Positions 49,762 through 59,612 of a stretch of 64,000 nucleotides of DNA are shown here, in pieces. The notes beneath the pieces were generated by a model, which was not told the DNA's origin, did no database searches, and was given only the letters and a program-made list of their open reading frames with translations. A program made the position numbers and the translations under genes. Numbering within the stretch: position 1 is the stretch's first letter; every line of letters starts with the position of its first letter. Source of the DNA: an uncultured Gemmatimonadaceae bacterium (GTDB lineage Bacteria; Gemmatimonadota; Gemmatimonadetes; Gemmatimonadales; Gemmatimonadaceae); assembly GCA_963761305.1 (NCBI GenBank), contig CAVXGK010000002.1, positions 1,664,001 to 1,728,000 of the forward strand, in the 5' to 3' direction.

Positions 49762-51102
49762 TTACCGCGTTCCAAACATATTCGGCCTGAACTTCCCCGC
49801 GCCCCCGGGGAGGTTTCCGGCCTTCTTCATCATCTTCTGCATCTCCCGGAACTGCTCCAGGAGCCGGTTGACCTCGGAGATCGGCCGGCCGCAGCCCTTG
49901 GCTACCCGCGCCCGCCGCGACCCGTTCATGATCTCCGGGTGCTTTCGCTCTTCCAGCGTCATCGAGAGCACGATGGCCTCGAGGTGGCGCATGCGCTTGG
50001 GGTCGGTCGCCTTGATCTGCTTGAGCATCTTCCCGTTCACGCCGGGGAGCATCTTGAGCAGCCCTTCCAACGGGCCGAGCCGCTCGATCTGCTTCATGGC
50101 GGTGAGGAAGTCGCCCAGGTCCATGCCTTCCTTGCGGACCTTCTTCTCCAGTCGCTTGGACTCTTCGGCGTCGAAGGCGCCCTGCGCCTTCTCGACGAGC
50201 GACACGATGTCGCCCTGCTGGAGGATTCGGCCCGCCATGCGGTCGGGGTGGAACTCCTCGAGCGCGTCCGTTTTTTCGCCGACGCCAATGTACTTGATCG
50301 GCTTCTTGGTCACGCCATAGATCGAAAGCGCGGCGCCGCCCCGCGCGTCGCCGTCGAGCTTCGTGAGGATGACGCCGGTGATGTGCAGGCGCTGATCGAA
50401 TCCCTGCGCGATCTTCACGGCGTCCTGTCCCGTCATACCGTCGGCGACGAGGAGGATTTCGTCGGGGTGAATCGCCGCTTTGAGCTTGTCCAGCTCCTCC
50501 ATCATCTCGTCGTCGATCTGGAGGCGGCCGGCGGTGTCGATGATGACCACGCGGTCGCGTCCGCGACGCGCCTGCTCGATGCCGGCCTTGGCGATCTTCA
50601 CGACGTCCTGCGTCGTGCGGTCGGCGTAGACCGGCACGTCGAGCTGAGCGCCGAGTGTCTCGAGCTGGTCGATCGCGGCGGGACGGTAGACGTCGCAGGC
50701 GACGAGGCGCGTCGGCCGGGACTCGCTCTTCAGCTTGCGCGCGAGCTTGGCGGCGGTCGTCGTCTTTCCAGAACCCTGAAGACCGACCATCATGACGACG
50801 GTGGGCGGAACGGAGCTGAGCTTGAGTCCTTCGCGCGTCTCGCCGAGCATCGCGGCGAGCTCGTCGTAGACGATCTTGACGAGCTGCTGGCCGGGGGAGA
50901 CGGTGCGCAGTTGCGCGATGCCGACGGCCTTCTTCTCGACGCGCTCGAGGAACTCGCGCGTGAGCTGGAAATTGACGTCCGCCTCGAGCAGCACGCGGCG
51001 GACCTCGCGAAGCCCCTCTTTGATGTCGGCTTCGGTGAGGACGCCCCGGCCGCGCAGCCGGGCAAACGTTGCCTCCAGTTTTTCGGAAAGCTCGTCGAAC
51101 AT
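49762..51102 (-). CDS. ffh: Signal recognition particle protein
   Basis: LLEADV, GLQGSGKTT, DTAGR, TKLDGDARGG, Met-rich M domain. Confidence 0.97.
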   Translation of the reverse strand: MFDELSEKLEATFARLRGRGVLTEADIKEGLREVRRVLLEADVNFQLTREFLERVEKKAVGIAQLRTVSPGQQLVKIVYDELAAMLGETREGLKLSSVPPTVVMMVGLQGSGKTTTAAKLARKLKSESRPTRLVACDVYRPAAIDQLETLGAQLDVPVYADRTTQDVVKIAKAGIEQARRGRDRVVIIDTAGRLQIDDEMMEELDKLKAAIHPDEILLVADGMTGQDAVKIAQGFDQRLHITGVILTKLDGDARGGAALSIYGVTKKPIKYIGVGEKTDALEEFHPDRMAGRILQQGDIVSLVEKAQGAFDAEESKRLEKKVRKEGMDLGDFLTAMKQIERLGPLEGLLKMLPGVNGKMLKQIKATDPKRMRHLEAIVLSMTLEERKHPEIMNGSRRARVAKGCGRPISEVNRLLEQFREMQKMMKKAGNLPGGAGKFRPNMFGTR

Positions 51103-51173
51103 AGACTGAGAAAGGTAGCCGAGACGATCGATTCGTTCAAGCAAACGGTTGTGCGCTATTGGCTTTTCCCCGT

Positions 51174-51179
51174 TATACT
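51174..51179 (+). promoter_or_regulatory. Putative sigma70 -10 element for lon
   Basis: TATACT in the AT-rich divergent ffh/lon spacer. Confidence 0.4.
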
Positions 51180-51190
51180 TAGCGCGCGAA

Positions 51191-51287
51191 CGGGTGGACC
51201 GGTTGACCGGTGGACCGGTGGACCGGTAAACGGCGGAGATCGGCAGTACCCGATCCACCTGTCCACCCCTCCACCTGTCCCCCTGCC
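51191..51287. repeat. 8-bp GGTGGACC-family inverted arrays in the lon leader
   Basis: cgggtggaccggttgaccggtggaccggtggacc ... tccacctgtccacccctccacctgtcc directly before the ATG. Confidence 0.75.
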
Positions 51288-53771
51288 ATGGCCAAGACCC
51301 AACGCAAGGACGACATCCTCAAGTCCGAGCTGCCTCCGGCGCTGCCGCTGATGGCGCTGCGGTCCACGATCGTCTATCCGCTGGGTACGATCGCCGTCCA
51401 GATGGGGGCTCCGGAAAACCTCTCGCTGCTCCGTTCGAACGAGCAGTCGGGGTTGATCGTCGCGCTGGTCGTCGCGAGCGGCGACCACGATGAGCCGATC
51501 GACAACGAGCGATTCCGCGGACGCGTCGGCGTCGCGGCGCGCGTGCACGAGCGAATCAATCTGCCCGGCGACACGGTGCAGATCACGCTCCAGGGACTGC
51601 GCCGCATCGTGATCGACGAGATGGTGCAGCTCGACCCGTATCCGATCGCCAACGTGCGCGCGGCGCGCGAAACGCCCGCCGAACCGAACGAGGTCGACGA
51701 TCTGGTCGCGCGCGTCGTGTCGTCGGCCGAGACGCTGGCCGAGCTGGTGGAGCGCATCCCGGACGAAGTCCCGGCGATCTTGAAAATGAACGTCTCCGAT
51801 CCGGGGCGGTTCGCCGACCTCGCGGCGACGAACATGAACCTCCGCATCGCCGACAAGGACGAAGTCCTGCAGCGCCTCGACGTCGGCCAGCGGCTGCGCT
51901 TCATCCTCTCACGCCTCGAACGCGAAGTCGCGCGCGCGCGGGTGATGGAGGACGTCAAGAAGCAAACCGAGATCAAGATCGAGCAGCACCAGCGCGAGTT
52001 CTATCTCCGGCAGCAGCTGCGCGCGATCCAGGCCGAGCTGGGCGAGGCGGATCCCGGCGAGAAAGAAGCGATCGAGCTCCTCAAGAAGATCGACGAGGCC
52101 AAGCTGCCCGAAAAAGTCGGCCAGGAAGCGCGGCGCGAAACGGAGCGCATGCGCATGCTCTCGCCCGCGTCGAGCGAATACCACGTCGTGCGCACGTACC
52201 TCGACTGGATTCTCTCGCTGCCCTGGAACCGGCGCACGGGCGAAGAGCTGATCGACTTGAAGAAAGTCGAGGAGGCGCTCGACCAGCGGCACTACGGACT
52301 CGACGAGGCCAAGGAGCGCATCATCGAGTACCTCGCCGTGCGAAAGCTGCGCGGCGGCGATCCCCACGGTCCGATTCTCTGCTTCGTCGGCCCGCCGGGC
52401 ACCGGCAAGACCTCGCTCGGCGAGGCGATCGGCAAGTCTATTGGAAGAGAGTTTTACCGGATTTCAGTCGGCGGCGTGCGCGACGAAGCCGAGATTCGCG
52501 GCCACCGTCGCACGTACGTCGGCGCGATGCCGGGACTCGTCATTCAGGGATTGCGCCGCGTCGCCGTGAAGGATCCGGTCTTGATGATCGACGAAATTGA
52601 CAAGATGTCGGGCGGCGGTCCGAGCGGCGATCCGACGGCGGCGATGCTCGAGGTGCTCGACCCGAGCCAGAACAATTCGTTCGTCGACCACTATCTCAAC
52701 CTGCCGTTCGATCTCTCGCAGTGCTTGTTCATCTGCACGGCGAACAATCTGTTCGACATCCCGGCTCCGCTGCGCGATCGGCTCGAGATCATCAAGATCG
52801 CCGGCTACACGGTCGAGGAAAAAGTCGAGATCGCGTGGCGCTACCTGTTGCCGCGCCTGCTCGACGAGCACGGCATCAGCGACAAGGACCTGCAGTTCAC
52901 CGACGAGTCGCTCTCGTTCATCTCCAACCGCTACTCGCGCGAAGCCGGACTCCGAAACTTCGAGCGCAACCTCGCCGCCATCATGCGCAAGCGGGCACGC
53001 GCCAAGGCCGAAGGCGAAGAAGGCGCCTGGGTCGTCGACGTGGAGAAGGTGGAAGAAGTCTTGGGCATTCCGCGCTACGCCGCGGAAGAAGCTGAGAAGA
53101 TTCCCGAAGTCGGCGTCGTCACCGGGTTGGCGTGGACGTCCAACGGCGGCGACATCATGCTCATCGAAGCGCTGCGCATGCCCGGGACCGGACGCATGAC
53201 GGTGACCGGCCAGCTGGGCGACGTGATGCGCGAGTCGGTGGATGCGGCGTACTCGTACGTTCGCTCGCGCGCCACGCAGCTCGGCATCGAGGAAGCGGCG
53301 TTCAGGGAGAGCGATCTCCATATCCATCTTCCCGCTGGCGCGATCCCCAAGGACGGACCCAGCGCCGGCATCACGCTCTCGCTGGCGATCGCCAGCGCGC
53401 TGAGCGGACGCCCGGTGCGGCGCGATCTCGCGATGACCGGTGAAGTCACCCTACGCGGCAAGGTGCTGGAGATCGGGGGCGTAAAGGAGAAAGTCCTCGC
53501 CGCGTATCGCTCCGGGCTGCGCCAGGTCATCATGCCCAAGTCCAACGAGAAAGACCTGCGCGACGTGCCGGACGAGGTGAAGAAAAACATGAATTTCATG
53601 TTCGTCGATCGGATGGACGAGGTGCTCCATCTCGCGCTCATGCGCCCGGCGTCCGAAGAGCTGGCTGATCACGCCGAGCCCGAGGCGGAGCCGGCCACCG
53701 TCATCACGCCGACAGTGGAGCCGGCGAATCGCCCGTCGCCCGCGACCGAGTCTACGGTGGGGTCGGACTAG
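51288..53771 (+). CDS. lon: ATP-dependent Lon protease
   Basis: GPPGTGKTS, IRGHRRTYVGAMPG, DEIDK, PKDGPSAG, IGGVKEK. Confidence 0.97.
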   Translation: MAKTQRKDDILKSELPPALPLMALRSTIVYPLGTIAVQMGAPENLSLLRSNEQSGLIVALVVASGDHDEPIDNERFRGRVGVAARVHERINLPGDTVQITLQGLRRIVIDEMVQLDPYPIANVRAARETPAEPNEVDDLVARVVSSAETLAELVERIPDEVPAILKMNVSDPGRFADLAATNMNLRIADKDEVLQRLDVGQRLRFILSRLEREVARARVMEDVKKQTEIKIEQHQREFYLRQQLRAIQAELGEADPGEKEAIELLKKIDEAKLPEKVGQEARRETERMRMLSPASSEYHVVRTYLDWILSLPWNRRTGEELIDLKKVEEALDQRHYGLDEAKERIIEYLAVRKLRGGDPHGPILCFVGPPGTGKTSLGEAIGKSIGREFYRISVGGVRDEAEIRGHRRTYVGAMPGLVIQGLRRVAVKDPVLMIDEIDKMSGGGPSGDPTAAMLEVLDPSQNNSFVDHYLNLPFDLSQCLFICTANNLFDIPAPLRDRLEIIKIAGYTVEEKVEIAWRYLLPRLLDEHGISDKDLQFTDESLSFISNRYSREAGLRNFERNLAAIMRKRARAKAEGEEGAWVVDVEKVEEVLGIPRYAAEEAEKIPEVGVVTGLAWTSNGGDIMLIEALRMPGTGRMTVTGQLGDVMRESVDAAYSYVRSRATQLGIEEAAFRESDLHIHLPAGAIPKDGPSAGITLSLAIASALSGRPVRRDLAMTGEVTLRGKVLEIGGVKEKVLAAYRSGLRQVIMPKSNEKDLRDVPDEVKKNMNFMFVDRMDEVLHLALMRPASEELADHAEPEAEPATVITPTVEPANRPSPATESTVGSD

Positions 53772-53775
53772 AAGG

Positions 53776-54018
53776 GCTTTCACCGCAGAGGCGCGGAGAC
53801 GCAGAGAACGGCCGCCGAGGACAACCTGCATCGGCGCGCAACGAGCCGTGATTTTTTTTGTGACAGCCGCTCGGGATGCGTCGACGCACCGGAAAAGATT
53901 CTACGGTGTGTGAAGCATCCCGAGCGTCAGTTTCCAATGAATCCCGGCTCGTTGCGCGACGGATCTCGGTTGTTCACTCTGCGGCAGTTCTCTGCGTCTC
54001 CGCGTCTGCGGTGAGAGC
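53776..54018. repeat. Long inverted-repeat MITE/REP-like element between convergent genes
   Basis: tcaccgcagaggcgcggagacgcagagaac / gttctctgcgtctccgcgtctgcggtga; inner gcgcaacgagccg/cggctcgttgcgc. Confidence 0.85.
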
Positions 54019-54034
54019 AGTTGCAATTCCCGAC

Positions 54035-55321
54035 TCACTTGAAGAACGACGATACGACGTAGATCACCAGCCCCGCCAATCCGCCGACGATCGTGCCGTT
54101 GATGCGGATGAACTGCAGGTCGCGCCCGATCGCCAGCTCGACGCGCTTCGACGTGAGCTCGGGGTCCCACGACGAGACGGTGGACGCGATCAGCTCGCCG
54201 ACTTCGTCCTGGTATCGCGCCACGAGATAGACGGCGACGTTCACGGCGAATTCGTCCAGCTTGCTCAACAGCTCGTCGTCGCTCATCGCTTTCTGGCCGA
54301 ACGCCGTCAGCGCGTGCTCGATCGCGCCGGGCGCCGTCGAGTCGGGGTTCTCGACGTAGCGCGCCAGCGCGTCCTTCGCTTCCTGCCAGAGCGAGAGCGA
54401 GAACCGACGCGCGGCTTCGTTGTCGAGGAAATCCTCCTTCCACGCGTCCACACGCGCCGCGAGCTCGGGCGAGTTGTTGAGCCGGTCCACGAACTTGTGC
54501 AACGATTCGTCGAAGCGTCCGCGCAACGGATGGCTGGGATCCTGACTCAGCTCTCCGAGCAGTCGCTGGATGGCGCGCAGCACGCGCTTGAAGATCTTCT
54601 CGTCCACCGCCGACGGAATCCACCACGGCGTCTCCTGCTCGATGCGCTGGCGAATCAGCTCGCTGTTGTCGTTCACCGTGCGCGCCGCGAGCACGATCAC
54701 TTCGTCGAGCAGCTCCTGATGACGGCCGTCGTCGGTGATCACGCCGAGCACCTTGCCCAGCAGCGGCGCGAGGTGCATCGACCGCACGCGCTGCGCGAGA
54801 CTCCGGTCGATCACGTCCTGCACGTCTTCGTCCTTGAGCATCTGCGCCGCGGTGCTCATCGCCTCGGCGGCGCTTCGCGCGATCGTGCGCGCGTTGGCCG
54901 GCTCGGCGAGCCATTCCGCGATCCGCCGGCCGACCTCGAGCGACCGCATGCGGTGTTCGATCACGTCGCGCGAGAGGAAATTCCGCTGCACGAACGCGCC
55001 GAGCGTGCGCCCGACGCGGTCCTTTCGCGCCGGCACGATCGCCGTGTGCGGAATCGGAATGCCGAGCGGATGGCGGAACAGCGCCGTGACGGCGAACCAG
55101 TCGGCGAGTCCGCCGACCATCGCCGCTTCCATCGTCGCGCGGACGTAGCCGAGCCACGCCCAGCGCGCCTCGAGCGCGCGGGTCACGATGAACAGCACCG
55201 TCGCGGCGACGAGCAGCAGCGTCGCACGCCGCTTCATCGAATCGAGCTGCGCCTGGCGCGTCGCTTCGTCGTGCAGGATTTGCATCGCGCGCGGGCCAGC
55301 CGTCGCGACGGGAGCCGTCAC
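54035..55321 (-). CDS. DUF445 family membrane protein
   Basis: EAAMVGGLADWFAVTALFRHP, IGRDLQFIRINGTIVGG. Confidence 0.9.
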   Translation of the reverse strand: MTAPVATAGPRAMQILHDEATRQAQLDSMKRRATLLLVAATVLFIVTRALEARWAWLGYVRATMEAAMVGGLADWFAVTALFRHPLGIPIPHTAIVPARKDRVGRTLGAFVQRNFLSRDVIEHRMRSLEVGRRIAEWLAEPANARTIARSAAEAMSTAAQMLKDEDVQDVIDRSLAQRVRSMHLAPLLGKVLGVITDDGRHQELLDEVIVLAARTVNDNSELIRQRIEQETPWWIPSAVDEKIFKRVLRAIQRLLGELSQDPSHPLRGRFDESLHKFVDRLNNSPELAARVDAWKEDFLDNEAARRFSLSLWQEAKDALARYVENPDSTAPGAIEHALTAFGQKAMSDDELLSKLDEFAVNVAVYLVARYQDEVGELIASTVSSWDPELTSKRVELAIGRDLQFIRINGTIVGGLAGLVIYVVSSFFK

Positions 55322-56601
55322 CGCGGAACGACCTTGACCTTGGCGAGGTCGACGAGGTCGGTCGGCGAACCGGCTGGCACGTCGACGTACAGCACGACCG
55401 GACGGCCGGCGACGTTGCGCACGTCCATCTCGATCGTGCGCTTCGGCGTGTCGAAATGCCGACGCTCGCCGGTGACGCGCGGCCGCACGTTGAAGCGCTC
55501 TAGCATCACCCGATCCATCGCCGACATGAATTCGGCCGCGTCGCCAGGCCGATCCCATACAGTGACCCAGGCGAGCGCATCGCCCGCCGGCGTCTTCACC
55601 AGCGCATAGCGGTCTCCGTCCCAACCGGTCGACGCGCGAATCGACGCGTCTTGATCCTGCGTGGCGGCGTAGAGGATGAGTCGCGTGCCGAACTCACCGA
55701 AGTCGTTCTCCTCGATCGTCCCCGGAATCTTCGGCACCGTGATCTCGCTCGGCACGTCGCGCTGCGACGTGAAATACGCCGAGTCGTGCATCAGCTGTTT
55801 CGTGCTGACGGGGAGATCGAGCAGCGGCAGCTTGCCCTTTTCGCGCGCCGAGTAGCGGCGGATGAAATCCGAGCCGTTGATGTACGGAAAAAGCAGCGTC
55901 TCCTGGATCACCATCGGCGCCGACGCGAACACCGGCTGCGTCTTTCGCGATGAGCGCACCATCTCGCGGATCGATTCCCACCCGCCCGGCAGCTGCGCGG
56001 CGATGTTCCCCGACCCGCCGACGGTGATGTACACCTGGTCGTACGTCGCCTGTCCTTCGACGACGGCCTGCGCGGCCAATTGCCGGTCGTCGTCGCCCGT
56101 GATGTGCTCGAGCGAATCGAGGCTCACGTACTGATCCTGCAGCGCGTGAATGAGCTCGTGCATGATCGTGAGGCCGACGTACTCTTCGGGCGCACCGTCC
56201 ACGACATAGAGCACCTTGGTCTTGGGATCGTAGAACCCCATGACCTGTTCGGCGAGCACTTTTACATAGAAGTCCTGGAGATGCATCGTGTCCCTGATCA
56301 GACCGAGCATCTTGTAGAGCGTTTCCTCGTTGGCGAGATCCTTCTGCGCCTCGGGCTCGCGGAATTTCGCCAGCAGGAACTGACGGACCTCGTCGCGCGA
56401 ACGAACCTCGAGCTTGGGCGGCGTCTTGAACTTGACGCCGAGCGCCGCTTCGATCTTCGGCACGTCTTCCGCGACCTTGTCGGCGTACGGCCCGTCGCCG
56501 GCGGCAGCGGCCCCACGACGGCAGGCGCTGAGCGCCACGAGCGCGACCGCCGCCGTCATGCACAGCGCGACGCTGGAGCGTCGAATGAATGGCGTCGTCA
56601 T
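55318..56601 (-). CDS. Lipoprotein with zincin-like HExxH motif
   Basis: LSAC lipobox; GFYDP, HELIHALQDQ, EGQA, FPY, GWDGD. Confidence 0.8.
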   Translation of the reverse strand: MTTPFIRRSSVALCMTAAVALVALSACRRGAAAAGDGPYADKVAEDVPKIEAALGVKFKTPPKLEVRSRDEVRQFLLAKFREPEAQKDLANEETLYKMLGLIRDTMHLQDFYVKVLAEQVMGFYDPKTKVLYVVDGAPEEYVGLTIMHELIHALQDQYVSLDSLEHITGDDDRQLAAQAVVEGQATYDQVYITVGGSGNIAAQLPGGWESIREMVRSSRKTQPVFASAPMVIQETLLFPYINGSDFIRRYSAREKGKLPLLDLPVSTKQLMHDSAYFTSQRDVPSEITVPKIPGTIEENDFGEFGTRLILYAATQDQDASIRASTGWDGDRYALVKTPAGDALAWVTVWDRPGDAAEFMSAMDRVMLERFNVRPRVTGERRHFDTPKRTIEMDVRNVAGRPVVLYVDVPAGSPTDLVDLAKVKVVPR

Positions 56602-56608
56602 GCGTTCG

Positions 56609-57778
56609 TCATGCGTTCGTCGTGCGTTCGGTGGCGTCGTCCCACTTCACGTCGACGCCGGCCATCAGGCCGACGACGCGTGCGATGTCGTGGCCGCGAA
56701 TGACGACGCCCTCTTCCATCAGATGGCGCGCCAGCTCCGCCTCGATCGGCGCCAGCGGCGGAACCACCGACGGACGGCTGGCGCCGTTCGTCTCGCGCCC
56801 GGCGGCCGGTCCGGTCGCCACCGGCGCGCCCACGAACAGCGCCTCGAGCTCGGCGCCGAAGCGCTCGAACGCGTTGGCCGGTTGGCGGGTCGCCGTCTCA
56901 GTCTCGCGACGCTCGTCTTCGCGTTCACGGTCGGTGCGCGCCATGTCCTTGAGCGCCGCGATGCGCCGCTCGATGAGTTGCTCGGTGTGCGGCGAGTACT
57001 TCACGACGGCCTGCAAGTGCGCGCAGGCCTCGTCAATGGCGTCGATCGCCTTGTCGGGGCGCATGCGGTCGCTGACGTACTGGTCGGTGAGCTTCACGGC
57101 GGCACGCAACGCTTCGTCGGAGATGAGCACGTTGTGATGACGCTCGAGCCGCTCCTTGCGCGCCTGCAGAATCTCCAGCGTCTCCGCTTCGCCGAGCTCG
57201 CGCACGACGACTTTCTGGAAACGCCGCTCCAGCGCGGGATCGCCTTCGACCCACCGCTCGTACTCGTCGCTCGTGGTCGCGCCGATCACTCTGAAATCGC
57301 CGCGCACGAGCGCCGGCTTGAGCATGTTCGCCGCGTCCATCGCCGCGCCGATCGCCGTGCCCTGGCCGATCAGGTTGTGCAGCTCGTCGATGAAGAGGAT
57401 GACGTCGGCCGCGGCCGTCGTCTCGGCGACGATCCCGCGAATCCGCTCCTCGTACTGGCCGCGATACGTGGTCCCGGCGAGCAGCGCGACGTGGTCGAGC
57501 GAGAGCAGGCGCACGGACTTGAGAACGAGCGGCACGCGTTCGGCGGCGATGCGCTGCGCGAAGCCTTCGGCGATCGCCGTCTTGCCGACGCCGGCGGGCC
57601 CGATGAGCGTCGGATTGTTCTTGCCGTGGCGCAGCAGGATGTCGATGACGCGCGAGACTTCGTCGTCGCGGCAGCGCACGGGCTCGAGACGCCCGGCTCG
57701 CGCCGCGGCAGTGAGGTCCTGTGTGAATCGCGCCAGCGCACCGCCGGCAGCTTCGTTGCGTAGGTATTCGCCAATCAT
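56609..57778 (-). CDS. ClpA/B/C-like AAA+ ATPase containing only the first nucleotide-binding domain
   Basis: KNNP.LIGPAGVGKTAIAEG, ILFIDELH, IGATT, ALERRFQ, PDKAID; no N-domain, no D2. Confidence 0.85.
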   Translation of the reverse strand: MIGEYLRNEAAGGALARFTQDLTAAARAGRLEPVRCRDDEVSRVIDILLRHGKNNPTLIGPAGVGKTAIAEGFAQRIAAERVPLVLKSVRLLSLDHVALLAGTTYRGQYEERIRGIVAETTAAADVILFIDELHNLIGQGTAIGAAMDAANMLKPALVRGDFRVIGATTSDEYERWVEGDPALERRFQKVVVRELGEAETLEILQARKERLERHHNVLISDEALRAAVKLTDQYVSDRMRPDKAIDAIDEACAHLQAVVKYSPHTEQLIERRIAALKDMARTDREREDERRETETATRQPANAFERFGAELEALFVGAPVATGPAAGRETNGASRPSVVPPLAPIEAELARHLMEEGVVIRGHDIARVVGLMAGVDVKWDDATERTTNA

Positions 57779-57838
57779 TGGCGAAAGCTAGCCGTGGGCA
57801 CGGACCAGTCGTTGGATGTGAGACCGCGAATGCGCGGC

Positions 57839-58681
57839 CTAACGGACCAACCAGGCGAGCAGTGCATCGCCCCAAAACAAGGTGAGAAGCGCGGCAGGCG
57901 CAAGGAAAACTCCGAACGGTACGAGCGGCGTCTCGAGCGGCATGCTTCCAAGCGCCAGCTCCGTCTGTTCGCGCGGTTGGCCGCGCCGGAGCATGGCGAC
58001 CGGAATCACCACCACACCAAAGGCCAAGGCGCCGAGTGTCGCACCAAGAAAAATCGTGATGAGCGCGCGCGTCGGTCCGAGCGCGGCACCGATGAACGCC
58101 ATGAGCGTCACGTCACCGAGGCCCATCGCCTCGCGTCTGGTCACGACTTCGCCGAGCCAGCCGACGATGGCGATCATGCCGGCGCCGGTGCACGCGCCGA
58201 TCAACGCATCGTACGGTCCGGCGAAGATCCCGGTTTCGTTCTGGAAGAAGCCGATCAGCGCGGTAAGCAACGCGAACATCAGCCCGAACAGCGTGAATCC
58301 GTCGGGTATGAGATAGTGGCGCGCGTCGGTCATCGCGACGCCGAGCAGCACGGTGCCGAAGACGGCCACGCGGAACGCGCTGAACGTCGCCCCGTAGTGC
58401 CGCACCGCCAGCAGCCAGCCGATCGCCACGACCAGCTCGATCGCCGGATACAACGGCGAGATCGGCTCGTCGCAACAGCGGCAGTGGCCGCGCAGCGCGA
58501 TCCAGCTCACGATCGGCACGTTCTCGAACCAGGCGAGCTGGTTGCCGCACTTCGGGCAGCGCGACCGCGGGCGTACGATCGAGCGTTCGATCGGCCAGCG
58601 GACGATGCAGACGTTGAGGAACGATCCGATGCACGCCCCGACCATGAACGCGTACGCCTGGACGATGAGCGACGACATCAC
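57839..58681 (-). CDS. pilD: Prepilin peptidase (A24)
   Basis: GSFLNV, RSRCPKC, CRCC, MGLGD, PFG. Confidence 0.92.
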   Translation of the reverse strand: MMSSLIVQAYAFMVGACIGSFLNVCIVRWPIERSIVRPRSRCPKCGNQLAWFENVPIVSWIALRGHCRCCDEPISPLYPAIELVVAIGWLLAVRHYGATFSAFRVAVFGTVLLGVAMTDARHYLIPDGFTLFGLMFALLTALIGFFQNETGIFAGPYDALIGACTGAGMIAIVGWLGEVVTRREAMGLGDVTLMAFIGAALGPTRALITIFLGATLGALAFGVVVIPVAMLRRGQPREQTELALGSMPLETPLVPFGVFLAPAALLTLFWGDALLAWLVR

Positions 58682-59442
58682 TGCGCCAGCTCGTTCAGAA
58701 GGATTCCCGCCGCGACCGCGACGTTGAGGGAGTCTACGCCGCCCGCGATCGGAATGGCGACGAGCTTGTCGGCGCGCTCACGCGCCGCGGCCGACAGGCC
58801 GGCGCCCTCGTTTCCCACCAGGATGGCCATTCGCGACGGCCGGACGGCGTTTACGGTCGGCAGGGGTTCTCCAGTCGCGTCGGCAGCCCAGACGTCCATC
58901 GGCCGGGCGCGACGGAACGCGTCCAGGTCGTCCCAGGTAACAGGGAAACAGAGATGATGAAAGTGAGCCCCCATCCCGCTACGGACGACTTTGGCGTTCC
59001 AGAGGTCAACGGTTCCCGGCAGGGCGACCGTCGCGTCGGCTCCCAAGGCCGCCGCGGTGCGAACAATTGTGCCTACGTTGCCGGGATCCTGCACCGCGTC
59101 CAGCACCAGGACGCGCAACGTCGCTCGCTCGACGAGCGCCGCGAGCGACCGATCCGGCACTTCGGCGATGGCAAGAATTCCTTGCGGCGAGTCCGTTTCG
59201 GCGGCGCTGGCGAATTCATGGTAATCCACCCTCTCGACGGGCACGCCGCGCTCCCCGAGCTGCGCGACCACGGCACCCCCCCGCGGGGTCTCGTCAAGCT
59301 GCGGCGCCGTCAGGACGCCGCGGATGGCGAGCTGCGACCGGGCGAGCTCCTCGACCGTCCGCACGCCTTCGGCCACAAAGAGTTGCTGGCGCTCGCGGGC
59401 TTTGCGCCGGCGAAGGTCGCGAGCAAGGGTCAGAAGCCTCAC
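58678..59442 (-). CDS. TrmH/SpoU-family RNA 2'-O-methyltransferase
   Basis: QDPGNVGTIVRTA, GNEGAG, SLNVAVA. Confidence 0.92.
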   Translation of the reverse strand: MRLLTLARDLRRRKARERQQLFVAEGVRTVEELARSQLAIRGVLTAPQLDETPRGGAVVAQLGERGVPVERVDYHEFASAAETDSPQGILAIAEVPDRSLAALVERATLRVLVLDAVQDPGNVGTIVRTAAALGADATVALPGTVDLWNAKVVRSGMGAHFHHLCFPVTWDDLDAFRRARPMDVWAADATGEPLPTVNAVRPSRMAILVGNEGAGLSAAARERADKLVAIPIAGGVDSLNVAVAAGILLNELAQ

Positions 59443-59477
59443 GCTTGTCGAGTAGTAGGCGGTTTGATTGTCCGTCT

Positions 59478-59540
59478 CCGCACCCCGCACGCCGCACCCC
59501 GTACCGCGCACGCCGCACTCCGCACCCCGCACCCCGCACT
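59478..59540. repeat. 7-bp tandem array (CCGCACN x9) in a divergent promoter region
   Basis: Directly visible. Confidence 0.88.
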
Positions 59541-59612
59541 CGTTCCACGCCCTCCGGAATATGTCTTGCCCTTCCCCCAAGTGAACTCTTCAGTCCGATG
59601 GAATCGCAAATA

